Assembly: GCA_965203325.1 (NCBI GenBank)
Contig: OZ241875.1
Span: forward strand, 1,472,001-1,536,000
Source: a bacterium
GTDB taxonomy: Bacteria; UBA8248
Length of the DNA: 64,000 bases
Direction: 5' to 3'
The position numbers and the translations under genes were made by a program. This document shows, piece by piece, positions 60,585 to 64,000 of the stretch (position 1 is the first letter of the stretch; each line of letters begins with the position of its first letter). Below the pieces are notes generated by a model. It made no database searches. It was not told the DNA's origin and saw nothing but the letters and a program-made list of their open reading frames with translations.

Positions 60585-61610
60585 ATGGAAGGAGTCTACA
60601 TCATCGGCATCGATCTGGCGAAGAACAGTTTTCAACTCCACGGGGCGCGGGCGGACGGTTCGGTCGCGTACCGCAGGAAGCTGACGCGCGCGAAGGTGCT
60701 GGGCTTTCTGGCCTCGCAGCCGCGTTGCGTGGTGGCGATGGAGGCGTGCGCGGGGGCGCACCATTGGGGCCGGGCGCTCGGTCGTCTCGGCCACGAGGTG
60801 AAGCTGCTGCCGCCGGCCTACGTGAAGCCCTACGTGAAGCGCCACAAGAACGACGCGGCGGACGCGGAGGCGATTAGCGAGGCGGCCACTCGCCCGACGA
60901 TACGTCCGGTGGCGGTAAAGAGCGAGGAACAGCAGACGCACGGGATGCTGTACCGGGCGCGCGATTTGCTGGTGGGTCACCGGACCCGGACGATCAACGC
61001 CTTGCGGAGTCATCTGGCGGAGTTCGGGGTCGTCGCGCGTCAGGGGCCCGTTGGCCTCACGAGATTGGTGGTTGCGGTTCGGGGAGCGGAATCGGGTCTG
61101 CCCGAGGCGGTCCGGGAGCTGGGCGAGGTTCTGCTGGAGGAGATCGCCGGCCTGAAGGCGAAGATAGAGGAGTTGGAGAGGCGGCTGTGCGCGAGCGTCC
61201 GCGATGACGAGGAGGCGCAGCGGCTGATGAGCATTCCGGGGGTCGGGCCGATAACGGCGTCGGCGATCCGGGCGTTCGCGCCGCCGATGGAGAACTTCCG
61301 TCGGGGCCGGGACTTCTCGGCCTGGCTGGGTCTGGTCCCCCGGCAGCACACCACGGGGGGCAAGCCCCGCCTGGGGCGGATATCGAAGATGGGCCAGCGC
61401 GACGTGAGGCGGCTGTTGATCATGTGCGCGATGTCGGTGATTCGCCAGGCCGTTCGGCGCGGCGCGCCGCGGGGTTCGTGGCTGGCCCGGATGCTGGCGC
61501 GCAAGCCTCGTATGCTCGTCGCGGTGGCGCTGGCCAACAAGATGGCGCGCATCGCGTGGGCGCTGCTGCGGAACAAGGAGTTCTACAGGGAACCGGCGCC
61601 CCTCGCCTGA
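60585..61610 (+). CDS. IS110 family DEDD recombinase/transposase
   Basis: IGIDLAK, AMEAC, KNDAADA, SIPGVG, LGLVPRQHTTGGK, VALANK. Confidence 0.95.
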   Translation: MEGVYIIGIDLAKNSFQLHGARADGSVAYRRKLTRAKVLGFLASQPRCVVAMEACAGAHHWGRALGRLGHEVKLLPPAYVKPYVKRHKNDAADAEAISEAATRPTIRPVAVKSEEQQTHGMLYRARDLLVGHRTRTINALRSHLAEFGVVARQGPVGLTRLVVAVRGAESGLPEAVRELGEVLLEEIAGLKAKIEELERRLCASVRDDEEAQRLMSIPGVGPITASAIRAFAPPMENFRRGRDFSAWLGLVPRQHTTGGKPRLGRISKMGQRDVRRLLIMCAMSVIRQAVRRGAPRGSWLARMLARKPRMLVAVALANKMARIAWALLRNKEFYREPAPLA

Positions 61611-61870
61611 GCGGCGCGCGGATAGAGTCGGGAGGAATGTGAGCCGGTCGGAGGAAGGGTAAGGGCAAACGGTCATCGAGACGGGATCGGGGCAACCAGG
61701 TACATGCGACGAGCGAACCACCGAGCTCGCCGGGACGATTCGGACCCGATCCGCGCATCTCCATACGGGCCCGCGGCCAGCATGAAGCGCCGCAACGAAG
61801 AGGCCGAATGTACGACTGAGCCGAACCGCTTTGCGCCGAACCCTCCAAAAAACCGCTTGCATTCCAAGGG
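61611..61870 (+). ncRNA. Putative bridge/seek RNA region of the IS110 element
   Basis: About 270-nt 3' non-coding region with stems enclosing segments that match the target (TACATGCG, CGGGACG) and the element end (ATGTACG); RNA boundaries unknown. Confidence 0.75.
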
Positions 61871-61976
61871 GGCGTCCATGTACGCATATATGCGTCCCCT
61901 ACACAATTCGTATATACCGAACCAAATAAGCCATAAATGTTAGTTAAAAAGGCACGGCAAAGTGTTCTCCACACAC

Positions 61977-62007
61977 AAAAAAACCGGGGGGCCGAAGCCC
62001 CCCGGTT
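61977..62007 (-). terminator. Intrinsic terminator of the porin gene
   Basis: Minus strand AACCGGGGG-cttcgg-CCCCCCGGTTTTTTT. Confidence 0.8.
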
Positions 62008-62047
62008 GTCGTCGCGTCAGGTGAGGACGCGAGCGTCCTTCATGCTG

Positions 62048-63295
62048 CTAGAAGATGTGGCGCAGCGTCCAGCCGACCGCCCAGCCGTCGTCGATCTCCG
62101 GGCCATCAACCGCTCTGCCGTAATCGCCGCGCAGGATAACGGCGCCCACACCGCGAAGCTCGAGGTTCGAGTGGATCTTCCACTTGAAGGCGGCGTTGAG
62201 CTCTGTGCCGAATTCCTTCGCGTCCATCGTGTTCGGTGCGAGGGAAGGCTCTGCGGAATTGTAGAGGGATACACCGCCGCCCAGCGTCAGGGTCTTGCTG
62301 ACCTTGAAGTCGGCCAGCCCCTCGATCACGGTCGCGCCGTTCAAGGCGCCCAGGTGCACGCTTCTGATGCCGTTGCCCAGAGTCGTCCAGCGGCGCGAAG
62401 TCATAATGTGGCCGCCGAAGAACCAGCCGGAACCGCCTTCCTGAGGCGTCCTGAACCGGCCGTCCTCACCGGCCCTGGCACCGTCATTGCCGGAGAGCAT
62501 CGTGAGGTTGCCGCTCAGCTTCAGTTTGCCCAGACTCGTGGAAGTCCTCACCAGAACGGCCCAACCCGAGAGCTCATCGCCGGGTTCGCGGGGATCATCG
62601 CTCGAGAGGTCACCTTCCTGGATGACCATAGAACCGTTCACGTTGAGGATGCCTACCTTGGTCTTGACGTGGATGCCGAGGAAGCTGTAGTCGTAGCCGC
62701 CGAGCACCGCGTCCCTGGAGTTGGCCGCCCACGGTGTAACCGTTAGCGTCGGGTTCACCTTGATGCCCACGCCGACGTAGTAATCCGTCTTGTCGTCGTT
62801 TTCGGCGCTGGTATCTTCCTTCGACTTGGTCATGAACGCGCTGAGCGACATGTTCTTGCTGAGCTTACCGTAGATCGCAATGCCCGGTTCACGGGAACGA
62901 CCGCTGCTGTCGTAGATTTCCTTGTCCGGCGAGAAATAGTCCGTCCGGCCCATACGCATGCGGAGCGCGCTGCCCGGAACGGCGAAGTCGATCACCCAGC
63001 GGTTGACGCCGACAGTCTGCCGGCCGGGACCGATTGAGAAGCCGCCGTTCGCGCTTACGAATTCGGGCTCCCACACGGCCGTGACGGCGCCGCTTTTCGC
63101 CGTGAAGCGCGGGCGGATGAGCGCGTCCAGGTAATTACTCTTGTCATTTACGTCATCGTTTCCGTCTTTGTTGACGTTTTCGCTGGATCCGCGCACTCGG
63201 AAGAAGCCGCTGAACTTGAGGTCGGCCGCGTACGAGGGCGCTACAAACGTCGCCAAGAGCGCCAGCGCAAATAGAGTTAACAGAATTTTCCTCAT
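62048..63295 (-). CDS. Outer-membrane beta-barrel/porin-like protein
   Basis: Signal peptide (SYA-A), alternating amphipathic strands, GTELNA..KW, terminal Phe. Confidence 0.75.
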   Translation of the reverse strand: MRKILLTLFALALLATFVAPSYAADLKFSGFFRVRGSSENVNKDGNDDVNDKSNYLDALIRPRFTAKSGAVTAVWEPEFVSANGGFSIGPGRQTVGVNRWVIDFAVPGSALRMRMGRTDYFSPDKEIYDSSGRSREPGIAIYGKLSKNMSLSAFMTKSKEDTSAENDDKTDYYVGVGIKVNPTLTVTPWAANSRDAVLGGYDYSFLGIHVKTKVGILNVNGSMVIQEGDLSSDDPREPGDELSGWAVLVRTSTSLGKLKLSGNLTMLSGNDGARAGEDGRFRTPQEGGSGWFFGGHIMTSRRWTTLGNGIRSVHLGALNGATVIEGLADFKVSKTLTLGGGVSLYNSAEPSLAPNTMDAKEFGTELNAAFKWKIHSNLELRGVGAVILRGDYGRAVDGPEIDDGWAVGWTLRHIF

Positions 63296-63850
63296 GTGTA
63301 TTTCTCCTCATCGAGGTTTCATAAAAAAATGTTGCCGTCTTCCTTCGTGTTCAACATCTTGATTTTGTCAATGTGTCTGCATTCGTGCTTCGTCGTCTGC
63401 AACAGGGCTTCCCGTTCCCGCATCACCCCCTCTCTTCTCTTCCATGTCGCCCCGTACGTCGACAAGGTTCTAACGAGCGAACCGGTTTTTTGCCGCTTAT
63501 GTAGACGATTCCCTGTCTGAGAAAACAATCATTCCATTCCCCGTTTCTCAAAGAATAGAGGAAGAAGATTCTTCTTGTCAACAAACAATCCGAATGGAAA
63601 CCCGAAAATTAGCCCCTACTCGATCCGAATCCCGCGCTTGGCCGTGAGACGGAAGAAAGTATTTAATGATTGTAAAATCAGTCCTTTACGAAAATTCTCG
63701 TGTCATGAATAAGCGGCGCGAGATTCCCCGGCCCGTCCGGCTTCCCCAGGTTCAAGAATTTTTTTTCTTTCGCAGGCCATAAATGTCGCGGAAATACGCC
63801 TTTCGCCTCTGGTAATCCGACCAAGCCCCACACCATTGAAGTAGAGGATT

Positions 63851-64000
63851 CTATTCCCTGATCCTGTAGAAAAAGAGTCGGCTCTTCGCTCCGGCGAACA
63901 GACCCGAACTCGCCGCCGCGACAACGAGATCGTCGTAGCCGTCGTTGTCCGCGTCGCCGAAAGCGAAATCCACGACTCCGCTGCTCAGCTTCCTCGTGCG
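63851..64000 (-). CDS. C-terminus of an FG-GAP/VCBS repeat protein (5' part outside the window)
   Basis: Hand translation RTRKLSSGVVDFAFGDADNDGYDDLVVAA...FFYRIRE*. Confidence 0.7.
   Translation of the reverse strand, partial: RTRKLSSGVVDFAFGDADNDGYDDLVVAAASSGLFAGAKSRLFFYRIRE

Larger units (their letters stand above)
60510..61884 (+). mobile_element. IS110-family (IS1111 group) insertion sequence inserted in a REP
   Basis: Sub-terminal IRs ATGGACGCC (60515) / GGCGTCCAT (to 61879); core (A)CG at both junctions; flanks rejoin to the palindrome GGGACGCATATATGCGTCCC. Confidence 0.9.

Overview
GC-rich bacterial chromosome segment, mostly housekeeping and metabolic genes. In order: EamA transporter, M20 amidohydrolase, acyl-CoA synthetase, a PhnDCE-like ABC transporter coupled to a di-haem cytochrome c peroxidase-like gene, amtB-glnK, cyclase, cbtB, an aminotransferase, a Rdx/SelW selenoprotein-MOSC-PhzF operon, two thiolase/DUF35 modules, late menaquinone genes (ubiD/ubiA/menG type), gatC, pcrA, an amino-sugar cluster (glmS, glmM-like, three GlmU-related genes), paaK-like, a DnaQ/GIY-YIG fusion, tatBC, acyP, ccdA, an aminotransferase-serA-hisZ-purA operon and a porin. 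Highlights: (1) an IS110/IS1111-type element inserted in the centre of a REP palindrome, with bridge/seek-RNA guide segments matching target and donor readable in its 3' non-coding region; (2) an accessory region (about 22-30 kb) punctuated by three diverged copies of the 3' end of one TPP-enzyme gene, each followed by different cargo; (3) a CxxU selenoprotein with a SECIS-like hairpin that the ORF track truncates; (4) a haem peroxidase plus atypical PhnD-like ABC operon behind a DtxR/MntR-like palindrome. Two genes (a sulfatase and the TPP enzyme) carry single frameshifts that may be sequencing errors. All calls come from reading motifs by eye; no database searches were run.
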